From positions 6,016,001-6,080,000 of the forward strand of contig CM052817.1 of NCBI GenBank assembly GCA_028534125.1: 64,000 nt of DNA, read 5' to 3'. A program made the position numbers and the translations under genes. This stretch comes from Lama glama. Lineage: Eukaryota. The number at the start of each line of letters is the position of its first letter. The first letter of the stretch is position 1. A model generated the notes under the pieces. It had not been told where the DNA came from. It saw only the letters and a program-made list of their open reading frames with translations, and did not search any database. Below, piece after piece: positions 37,878-48,590 of this stretch.

Positions 37878-40307
37878 AAAAGAACATCACACGGTCCAAG
37901 TATTCTGATTTCTTTGGTCGGGGGAAGGTCACTGAAACTGCTGTTTGTTTAAAGCTTCCCTGATTATTCTACTGATCAGCCAGGTTTAAAATCTACTGCC
38001 TTGAATTAACTGGTTTAATGCTTTTCATAGAGGAAGGCGTGCTCCCCCAGGCATAGCAGAACAAAACCCTGTGTGTGTAGTTAGCTATGTGTGCATGTAC
38101 ATGTGTAGGTGGAGCGAAGCAAATTTCCAATTTATTGTGCTCATGCAACATCCAATTCGTGACTGACTTCTCTGAGTCACATCTTGATAAATATCAGAGC
38201 TACCTGTGCAGGCTGCCAGGACGGAGATGGCTCTGGGAACCATTGTTCTTCAGTCAGATGCTTCTCAAACTTTAACGTGACTATAAATCAACTGGGGATC
38301 TTATAAAAGGACAGATTCGGATTCAGCAACCTTACAGGAGAAAACTAATGTTTATGAATTTATGACGATTTGGTCTGTTTTCTGGTCTATGTATTGGCAG
38401 CTTCACATCTGATGTGACTCTAAAGCTGAACTCAAAAAGTGCTCTTTGGAAAGCTTGATCAAAAGCAATTGCCAAGAGCTCACTGTGTGGCTGAAAAACA
38501 AAGCTACCCCCGAGTCATGAGAGGGAGACGCCGCTCCTCTTTATGAAGGAGACCCTCGGCACAGGATGCCACCACGGAGAGAAACAGAAGCAAGGGCTGA
38601 AGGGTAGGGATTCTTGACTACAAAGCCAAAGGGAAACTCATAGCAAATATTGCTGAGATTGTCTGAGTAACCCTACTTTGTCCCCAAAGAGGGATATGGG
38701 TCTGAAGCTGGGGCTCCTGCCTTTGTGCCACCCTGGGCACCAACCATGTGCCTAGTGGCCACCTGTGCGACCCAGGCATCACCTGGTTACCCTGGGCTGT
38801 CCATCAGCCTCCCTCTAGGACCAGGGATCCACCCAGGAGCCAGGCACTCCTCCTCTCCAGGTCAGATCCTACTTTTCGGAGGAGGGTTGTAAGTAACTTC
38901 TCAGATCTCCAGGAGTCAGGTAACTTCCTGAATAATGAACAGCTATACAGTGACCGGGCAAGGCAAGGGATTTACACCAGGTCTGCCCGAGTCTGAATCT
39001 CATATTCGTTTTCACACAACGACTGCTCATTTCACACAGAGAAGAACCATGCTGCCTTTCCAATTGGCAAAATAAAGAAAATAGATATGTAGACTGATTC
39101 TAAAATTAGTACACTAACTTTCTCAATTTAAAGGTCTTTTGTTTTCTTACAACTTGGAGACCTGCTACCTTTTTTATTATATTCATAGACATAAGGTATG
39201 GGACAAACTTTCTACTGATTCAGATACACATTTGGATATCCCCAACCGACCACATCACCCACCCCGGGTGCTCCACAAAGAGAAGATGGGATTCCAGGTT
39301 CTCTGCTGTGGGAATGAGGGTGCAAACTGCTGGCCTTTTCGTTCTCATGCTACACGTGGGTGTGAAGTGATGGGTGGTTTCGGATGCCCTCCCGGCGTTC
39401 TGGTGCTGAGTGTCTCTAGTCCCTGCACCCTGCTCCCACGACCCCCCTGCATCCGTGAATCTGCTCTGGGGGACAGCAAGGGGCCTGCCCGCAAAAAAAA
39501 TTCGCTGTTAATGGGGCAGGTGCTCGCTGAGCACTCACACATCCTCGTGGGGGCGCACTAGCATCCCTCCTCAGTGCTCCTCGGGTACCTGACTCCCATC
39601 CCGACTAGGAGCCAGGGAACTAGTGCTCACAGCGACGTGCGGTACTTACTGCCTGTTCATCGTGCTTGGCACCGGGCAAATGAGAGGGATCTTCAACTCA
39701 GCCTGCGGAAACAAAAGCAAGCTCATTATTGGGCCTTACCCACCATGTTTTAATTCTGGGGAACATGCTCCTGCCACTTCCTGTTAAAATGGGATACAGG
39801 TGTCAGCTTAGAGGAAAAGACAGCAGGGGAATCAATCCAGGTCGATAATTGGTTTATTTCAGGAGCAGGTGGGGGAGGGGGCTTCGTCCCTGACATGCTG
39901 TCCTCTTTCTGTCAGCATCCATCCCATCCGCCCCGGGGAACTGAGCGAACCTCTCCCGAGCTTGTTTTCCCTGGCGTGCAATTGTGCGCCCCCCCGGGCA
40001 CCCAGGGCGCGTTAGCCCAGGCTGTGCTCCGGGGAGCCCACGTGCGTGCAGGAGAAGCGACGCTTTTCTTTTCCAAGTGTGATTTTTGTCATGAAATGTT
40101 TATTGGAAATTATATTTATAAACCGCTTCACGCAGGATGCAACAATTTATTTGCGGCTTGTATTCATCCGCATAGGAGAGATCATTAGTCCCATTAACCA
40201 TATAAATTAGCAGCAGAGACCCTGGGGGTATTCAGTAGGGCTTTACGTCAATGATTGCATTCAATCTACACAGAGATGCTGGGAGGTGTAAAGGATATTA
40301 CCCACGG

Positions 40308-40740
40308 GATCAGTTGGGGTTCCAGCAAGAAACAGATGGCACCCTCAAATTGGGTAATTTGAGAACAGTTTGATAAAGAGACCATTTAAAGGATATGGGC
40401 AGGGTGTAGGAAATCCACAAAGGATAGTGAAAGACCTTGGAGGGGCTGTTACCATGCCTGGGCCTGGAGGAGTCCGGGGAGCCAGGGGTCACAGGGACTC
40501 AGAGTCGAGGACGGTGGAAAAAGAACTGTGGCTTCCAGTTGAAGGACCCACAGGGAGGGAGCTGTGGCAGGTGGAATAAAAATCTGCATCTCAGACCCCT
40601 CCTACCCCGAATCTCTTTTGTTGCTGTCTCCCATCAGCCGAACTCAACAGGAAGCCAAGTGAGAGGAGCCACTGGCATGGTTTCTATCCATCAGCCCCCT
40701 GGGGCTCCCAGCTGAGAGCAGTAGGTTTGAGAGTGGATCT
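40308..40740 (-). mobile_element. LTR33-like ERVL solo LTR (opposite orientation to 17780-18260)
   Basis: cagttggggttccagcaagaaacagatggcaccctcaaattgggtaatttgag...gggcagggtgtaggaaatccacaaaggatagtg. Confidence 0.75.
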
Positions 40741-40879
40741 CACTGTTAAAGAGAATGAGGCTCCAGGAGGTTAAATTATGCGCCCAAGATCACCCATCTG
40801 CAATAAGAGCCCACAGGACTCAAACATTCCGTTTCCTAGCCAGTCACTACTCCTAGATCATTCTGCCATCCCTGTGTCC

Positions 40880-41400
40880 ATCCATTCATCCGTTCATCTA
40901 TCTGATCATGATTTACTGAAACTAACTTTGCTCAAATTTTGTGCCCAATAAGAAACATTCCCTGCCTCCAGGCATGCCTGAGACTCAGCATGAGATAGAT
41001 TCTGTATTAAACAGATGCAGATCAAACAAACAAAAAAACAAAATCCTAACTCTGCCTTGGACAGCCAGGGGAATCTTCATAAAGGAAGTAATACTTGAGC
41101 TGGAGCTTGCAGAATAAGTCAGCATCTTCCTGGCTTAGAATTAAGGAAGGTGCTCTGGGCAAATGGGGTGCCATTTGCAAAAGTGTGTGGTTAGAATACA
41201 CAGTGTGACACAGAGGCTTTGCACAGCTTGGTGGGACCGTGGAAGCCAGCAGCTTGGATGTTGATAGCATGCGGCAATGAGCTTGGGAAGTACCACTGGG
41301 TTTTGATTGTCAAGGACCGCACATGACAAAGGATGAGATCTGGATGTGAGCTGTGTGATCTTGGACCAGTAATTGAAGGAAAGTTATTAAAGAACTAGGA
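40880..41400 (-). mobile_element. L2 LINE fragment
   Basis: catccattcatccgttcat tail, ccctgcctccagg, aggaagtaatacttgagctggagcttg. Confidence 0.6.
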
Positions 41401-41954
41401 CTAAGCTTCAGGTCCTCAGATACCCTCTGTATTACCCCACAGCCATTCCCCTCACCTTGTGCATCTAGGTCAATGAATGACAGCAGGTGAAAGGGAGGTA
41501 GCAATTAAGTACTCATGCATTGACAGTTCTCTCTGGATGGAATGTGGGGTATCTAGCTCATGCATAGCCGATTTGGAAGCTGTCTTGTCATCCATGCTGG
41601 CAGGAAGAAGACTTGAATCTTTATCAACATAATACAAATCAGGGACATCTAATACTGGAAGAATCCTGGACTGGAAGTTGAGGGACTCTGTTCAGCTCCG
41701 CTGCTATCATTAAGTAGTGTGTGACCTCTTCTGAGCGTGTGGTCTCTCCTCATTTATAAATGGCAAAGTCCATATCTTCCTTTTCCACAATTACGTGTGA
41801 AATAAGCTGATGCATCTGAAAAAATCTTATAAACTATAAGCTTTATGGAAACATGGGTATGCAATTACTTGTATAACAAAGTACAGTTTGCAAGTTGCTT
41901 TAACATTGGTCATGTTATATATTTGGGTATCTAGGGTTATTGACACTGATTTTT

Positions 41955-42454
41955 NNNNNNNNNNNNNNNNNNNNNNNNNNNNNNNNNNNNNNNNNNNNNN
42001 NNNNNNNNNNNNNNNNNNNNNNNNNNNNNNNNNNNNNNNNNNNNNNNNNNNNNNNNNNNNNNNNNNNNNNNNNNNNNNNNNNNNNNNNNNNNNNNNNNNN
42101 NNNNNNNNNNNNNNNNNNNNNNNNNNNNNNNNNNNNNNNNNNNNNNNNNNNNNNNNNNNNNNNNNNNNNNNNNNNNNNNNNNNNNNNNNNNNNNNNNNNN
42201 NNNNNNNNNNNNNNNNNNNNNNNNNNNNNNNNNNNNNNNNNNNNNNNNNNNNNNNNNNNNNNNNNNNNNNNNNNNNNNNNNNNNNNNNNNNNNNNNNNNN
42301 NNNNNNNNNNNNNNNNNNNNNNNNNNNNNNNNNNNNNNNNNNNNNNNNNNNNNNNNNNNNNNNNNNNNNNNNNNNNNNNNNNNNNNNNNNNNNNNNNNNN
42401 NNNNNNNNNNNNNNNNNNNNNNNNNNNNNNNNNNNNNNNNNNNNNNNNNNNNNN
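41955..42454. other. Assembly gap (500 N)
   Basis: Run of exactly 500 N abutting a young L1. Confidence 1.
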
Positions 42455-43078
42455 ACCATATGACCCAGTTATCCCACCCCTGGGCATATATCCAGAAGGA
42501 ACCCTACTTCAAAAAGACACCTGCACCCCAATGTTCATAGCAGCACTATTTACAATAGCCAAGACACAGAGACAGCCTAAATGTCCATCAACAGATGACT
42601 GGATAAAGAAGAAGTGGTATATTTATACAACGGAATACTATTCAGCCATAAAAACCGACAACATAATGCCATTTGCAGCAACATGAGTGTCCCTGGAGAA
42701 TGTCATTCTAAGTGAAGTAAGCCAGAAAGAGAAAGAAAAATACCATATAAGATCGCTCATATGTGGAATCTAAAAAAAAAAAAAAGAACATAAATACAAA
42801 TCAGAAACAGTCTCATAGACATAGAATATAAACTTGTGGTTGCCAAGGAGGCGGGGGGTGGGAAGGGATAGACAGGATTTAAAAATTGTAGACTAGATAA
42901 ACAAGATTATACTGTCTAGCACAGCGAAATATACACAAGATCTTATGGTAGCTCACAGAGAGAAAAATGTGCCAATGAATATATATATGTTCATGTATAA
43001 CTGAAAAATTGTGCTCTACACTGGAATTTGACACAACATTGTAAAATGACTATATCTCAATAAAAAATGTTAAAAAAT
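42455..43078 (+). mobile_element. Young camelid L1: ORF2 C-terminus and 3'UTR (5' part lost in the gap)
   Basis: Translates to PYDPVIPPLGIYPEGTLLQKDTCTPMFIAALFTIAKT..QPKCPSTDDWIKKKWYIYTTEYYSAIK, the L1 ORF2 C-terminus. Followed by a G-rich tract, AATAAA and an A tail. Confidence 0.93.
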
Positions 43079-43499
43079 AATACTGATGCCCCCAATTTTT
43101 GAGTCAGTTCTTCTGAGTTAGAGCCCAGGGACTGACATTTTTCAGATGTCCCAGGAATTTTAATGGACAGTGAGCAGAGGAAGTGGATGTACAAATGTTA
43201 ACCCACTCATTAACGTCTGCGCATCACCCACCCCTCGCTGACAATTCTCTGTTATGGAAAGTAACAAATAATCACACTTCCATTCTCCTTGCTGTTCTAA
43301 GCTCATCTGAAATGGAAAGAGAGCAACCGCCACTGCTCACCAAGAATCCTCCATACGTTAAGAGTTAATTCTGAGTTAATTCTCGATGAAATGTTTAAAA
43401 GAAATCTACCGCATCCCAATGTTTATGACCTCAGTGAGAGTGAGCAAGGCCACCGAACAGCAGTTCCTCTGTCAGACCTTGTCTGTACCACTTTCAGGG

Positions 43500-43625
43500 A
43501 CGAGATAGGGTGATGGTTACACGATGCTGGAAATGTCCTAAATGCCACTGAATTGTTCTCTTTAAAATGGTTAATTTTATGTTAGGTGCATTTCACCTGA
43601 ATAAGAAATGAATATTTTTAAAAAA
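43500..43625 (+). mobile_element. L1MB-type 3' end fragment
   Basis: ggtgatggttacacgatg...aatgccactgaattgt...tttaaaatggttaattttatgtta. Confidence 0.75.
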
Positions 43626-45868
43626 CAGATCTTGTCTGTAAGCAACAAGTAAGTAAAAGCTGGGTTCCCACAGCTGTGGTACAAGGTAGAATTTGTTCCG
43701 CAAACATTTATTGAGGGTCTGCTGTGTGCAGGGCATGGTCCAGACACGAGGTGTGGGAGACCACAGAGCAAGGCTCTGACCTCATAGCACTCGTCTGTTT
43801 TCTCCATGGTGCTGTAAATAATTGTAAAGGGGTGAGATTAAATATGTACCTCTAAATAATAGAGGAACATGAGGTGTTCGTGGAATTCAGAGGAAGGCAC
43901 ACCCAGTGGGAAGGCATGCCGAGGGAATCCACGGAGAAGGGTTTCCTCCCAACTCCTCTATAGTTTTCCTTAGAAGGAACCCTGATCCCTACTTGGGGCC
44001 TGATAACCGAAGGGAGGAGGGACTTCCAGGCTGAGGAGCATCCCCAGGCCTGCAGGTCTTTCTATGGGAAGCTTTAGGATCTAGACACCGTCTGAGATAA
44101 AGGAGCATCATCAGATCCTTGCTTTTCCTGCCTTCACTCATGGACCCGAGAGGCTGGGGTGCCCCAGCCGTGGCCACATCTCACTGTGTTCAGTACATTC
44201 ATTTTCTATAGGAACCAAGGCATTTCTATCATTTCTCTTCCAAGTTGGCCACAGAAATAAAGCCTAAGCATGGCTTTGGCTGCCAAAGAGAAGTGACGCT
44301 TAGGTGCCATCGGTCAGTCACAGCGGGGCGCTCAGTGCAAATGGTACTAATCTGTCCAGAGCTGGCCGTGCCGTGGGGATGCTGACTGCACACTGCCTGC
44401 ACGGTCCCCCAGTCAGGGAGGGACTGGGCAGGAAGAGACCCTGGGCCCTCGGGGAGCCACAGGAAGAGGCCACCTGTTTTCATGACACCTGTTTATTTCT
44501 CCAACAAGGGAAAATACTGGCTGCATTAAAAATTAGACACCAGTGCAGATCTAATTGTAAATGCCAAGCTGAAGGCTAAAATTGCCTGACTGTCCACTGG
44601 GCTCCAAAGCCTAGGCAAAAGGGCTGGAATAGGGTTGTGATTAACTTATTTTGGCTTAGAAATCTATACTTTCATTTCAATAATAGAGTTTCTGTGAGAT
44701 GTGGAGACCCCTAAGCGTCTGGGGCTCCTTGGGGGTCCAAAAGGAACCCCAACTTGAGAAATGCCACCCTATGCTCTGCTGCTTCCCTATAAAGCTTATT
44801 TATCCCCCTCAAGGTATAAAGAGGACAATGTCAAAGATAGGTGCACAGCATGGCTGGAGTCCTGAGGGTAAAGGGGTCCCTGCCCTAATCGTCCATTTTG
44901 GCCAAATAACCCCACCATTTTGGAGATGATGATATTTGATTAGCTCACTCTGTAGGCTGAAAAGCATTTTGTAAAGGTAATGGATTTGTTGGTTAAAGCA
45001 CACCCATGTTTCAGAACACCGAAATAAAGGGAATGGGATTCTGCAGATTGGGAGCATTTGTAAGACTTTCAAAGAATAGACATTACATTCGTGCATTAAA
45101 ACCAGAATGGCTGCTTCTGAGCTTGGAACACACCTGAGGTCCTAGTGAATGTGTTAGGAAGGAAAGACTTGTTTTATAAATAGAATGAATTTTGGTGAGG
45201 ATCTTAATCCAAGAATAATTAATACCCTTCTGGTATTGTAAGCAATTTAAACAATTGGAAACATGTAAAGCAACAAATCCTATTTCCTTGTTATCCTGGA
45301 GAACTCTTGTTCTCCACTGGGAATTCACTGATGCCAAACTGAGCTTGCAAAGAGACATTTTTATCATAAATATTTCTGCTGCATTTCAACCTGACCTGAA
45401 ATTAATATTTCATGAAGGGAAAACAATGCTTTTACAGTAAGGACATTTTTTGTTTTGCTCCCAAACATTTCTTCTTTATTCCTTGAAGATAAAACTTATG
45501 AAACTGCTAGCCTCTGTTTTATTGCAAAATTTAAGAAACATCATTCTAATAATGACGACGTACCTAAATAGATACAGGAAATGACCGGAAGCAAACTAAG
45601 AATTGCTGAAAAGAATATTAGAATCTGTCATAAAGCAAAGATGTAGCCATGCAGCTCAAACTAGGTCAAGGCTGAAGGAAAGGGTCTAAATTAAGGGTTG
45701 ATGCTTTTTCTCATTAAAACAGGAAAATAAGAAAAGAACTGAATATAAAATACATACAACATGCATCTAATTCTTCACACAGTAGCACCCAACATATCTA
45801 AAATGGTGGATGTCATCTGGGGTCAAGGGAGGGAGTGACATGACATATTTGGGGAAGACAGCCAGGAA

Positions 45869-45875
45869 GTGTGTG

Positions 45876-45908
<33 letters not shown>
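45869..45908. repeat. (TG)n microsatellite
   Basis: Interrupted TG run. Confidence 0.9.
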
Positions 45909-47112
45909 CTGTGCATGCACGCATGGGTTTTGAGCAAGCTTGTTGAAACCAAGATTTCTCAGATGAAGATACTTATTAATTTGGTCACAATGATATGTAA
46001 TTTTCTTCTATCTTCATATCACAAATGGGAAAATTTCATTTTAGAGATGCTCATACTTAGAGCAAGATATATGCTGATTGGATTTCTAATTCTATCTCCT
46101 GGTCAGGGCAATCAGCTAAATTTAATTAAATATAACATTTAATTTTATTGGATTTCCAGTGAATGGAGGCATTTGAAATCAAATGGATTGTTATTATAGA
46201 TTTTTTTTTTGAGGAATATGGGAGATTGCTTTCCTATTTTTTCTGATATTTAAGTATGGACATATTTTGTTAACTGGTAAAAGATTTTTACCAACTGTCT
46301 TGGTAATAAGTAACTTCCCTTAAGTATCTCTAGGCCATGTGCATGTGCATCCGTTTTTTATTTTAAATGGTTTTGAAAACACCCTTAATGAGCTGATGCA
46401 ATCTATCATTTAGGAATTTATTACTCCTGGAGCTTTTTGTTGTCAAAAGCCATCTCCTTTTCTCTTTTGAAAAAAAGATTCCCTTCCTTCAGTGATATGA
46501 ATTTTTTCTTTTCCCTTTTTCCCCCATTCAGTAGTAAATAGCTCTTTCTTTTCCTCATTCACTCATCTTGTTTTCTCATATTCCTTTCTTCTCTCTGTCT
46601 TCCCTTCCTTCTTGCTTAATTTCCTCCTCCCTTCCTCTTCCTGCTCTCTTATCATTCAAGTTATTTTACTGTTCAGATAAAATGAGACTGTAAATAAAAT
46701 ATAGATGATTAAGAGTCTAATTGAATTTTTTTTGAAAGTTCATGTGTTCACCTTGTTCCTGTTTTCATTTGGCTCTCATAAATGATGCTAGAAGCACACC
46801 GATTATGGGCAGGTACCGCCAGGCTGAGGTTAATCTGAAGATTCCCAACTGTGATGGATTCTCCATTGATTGATTAATACATTGGGGCAGTACTGAAGGC
46901 AAATTTTAGGAAAAAGAAAGATATAAGAAAATAAACTGAGATTCAGGAATGGATCTATTTGTCTGCCAATCACAACATACAGGACAGCCTACCTCCCCAG
47001 TCATTACTAAGCACCTGCTGTATGCTAGTCATTATCTGAGGACCAGTTTCACCATAAGAAGGACCTCAAAGAAGTCTGAGGGAAACTTAAAATCCAAAGA
47101 AGAGGCATGAAA

Positions 47113-47371
47113 GAGGTGGGAGGGAGGGATAAATTGGGAGCTTGGGATTCGCACATACAAAGCACTACTATGCACAGAATGAACAACAACATTTTAATGT
47201 ATAGCACAGAGAACCATATTCAAAGGCTTGTAGTAACCTGTAATGAAAAAGAATATGAAAAAGAATATGTATATATTTATGTGTATCACAGAAACACTAT
47301 GTTGTACACCATAAACCAATACAACTTTATGAGTCAAATTTTACTTCAATTTAAAAAAAAGGGAAGAAAAA
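47113..47371 (+). mobile_element. Artiodactyl-type L1 3' end with TSD
   Basis: gggagggagggataaattgggag...atagcacagagaaccatattcaa...tacttcaatttaaaaaaaa. TSD aaagaagaggcatgaaa (47096-47112) / aaagaaaaggcatgaaa (47372-47388). Confidence 0.85.
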
Positions 47372-47428
47372 AAAGAAAAGGCATGAAAAGTCAGGTAGTC
47401 TAACCAAGACTGGACTAAGAGTGATGTA

Positions 47429-47430
<2 letters not shown>

Positions 47431-47484
<54 letters not shown>

Positions 47485-47500
47485 TAAAAATAATAATAAT
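47431..47500. repeat. (AAT)n microsatellite
   Basis: About 17 perfect TAA units followed by a degenerate tail. Confidence 0.95.
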
Positions 47501-48369
47501 AAAGATGATAATTACAATGATATTGGTGGTACCACTTACTGAATGCTAGAACACTATGTAGGACATTCCATTTAATTTAGATTCCATGGTAAGGTAACAA
47601 TCCAAGTGACCCAGATTTTTCAATATTGAACAATTCTGTCATTTTGTTCAGTGAGAGTCCTCTTTGGCCAAATCTGTCTAGCGAACAAATGCACAGTATG
47701 GATTCAGATGAAATCATCACTTAATTTGTAACTTCAAGAGCATTTAGAATTTAACTCCTAAACTGAACTTCCTTTATATAATTAATGCTTTCTTTGTCCC
47801 TTCTTTTATTCAGGATCACTTTCCTAGCAAGATGTGAGGCAGGTCTTTAAGCCCAGGTACACTGAATTGTACCGTGAATTGTACAAGTTGACCCTCACTA
47901 TCTCTAGTCTGAAAAATGAGGATATAAGCACTCACGCTGCTTTACTCAGAGGGTGATTCTGGAAACCAAATGAGATCATGGAAGTGAAAGCATTTTTTAA
48001 ATTCTGAACTTTTGCAAGTCTAGTTCAACAGGCAAGTATTGAGCAACTTCTAAGTTTCAGTACCATGAACGGCACAGAGGATATGAAATTGGCAAGGAAA
48101 GTATTCCAAAGGAATTCCTATCATTTTTCATGAAATCTTTGTATTTTCAGAGGATCAGTGCATTTGAGGAGTTGAGAGATACTATTAAAGCTTTGATAGA
48201 TGACTGATTGAAATAAATGCAAAAATGAGGAGATTAACTTTCTGTAGAAATCACCTCAAAATAAGACTTCTTTATAGGTCAAAATTCTTAAAAAGTGACA
48301 CCCTCCCCAAAAGAATCTAAAGATGGTTTATTTGAATGTAAACTCATGATAACTGTGCTAAAAATGATA

Positions 48370-48590
48370 ATATAGCCATTAGCATTTACTTTGCACTTAA
48401 TTATTGCTAGACACTATATAATATGTAACTTTTACATATTGCATCTCATTTCTCAACACAAATGCAAAAGATAGGTCTTGCAATTCCAGTTTATAAATGA
48501 TAATCTAAGGTTCTGAGAAGTTAAATAACTTGTCTAAAATTAACCCGCTAGGAAGTAACGGTCTGAATTCAAACCCAGGATATCTATTTC
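48370..48590 (-). mobile_element. MIR SINE
   Basis: agttttataaatgataatctaaggttctgagaagttaaataacttgtctaa...attcaaacccagg. Confidence 0.7.

Noticed and set aside
17780..40740. Two LTR33 copies as the ends of one provirus
   Set aside because: They are in opposite orientation, highly diverged, ~22 kb apart across a gap, and have no gag/pol sequence between them.
19225..43078. Dispersed near-identical ~185-bp repeats as a CRISPR-like or novel array
   Set aside because: They are irregularly spaced L1 3' ends with A tails, and the two short copies have their own TSDs.
45810..46142. 110-aa ORF with a Cys-Val repeat
   Set aside because: It is the translation of a (TG)n microsatellite.
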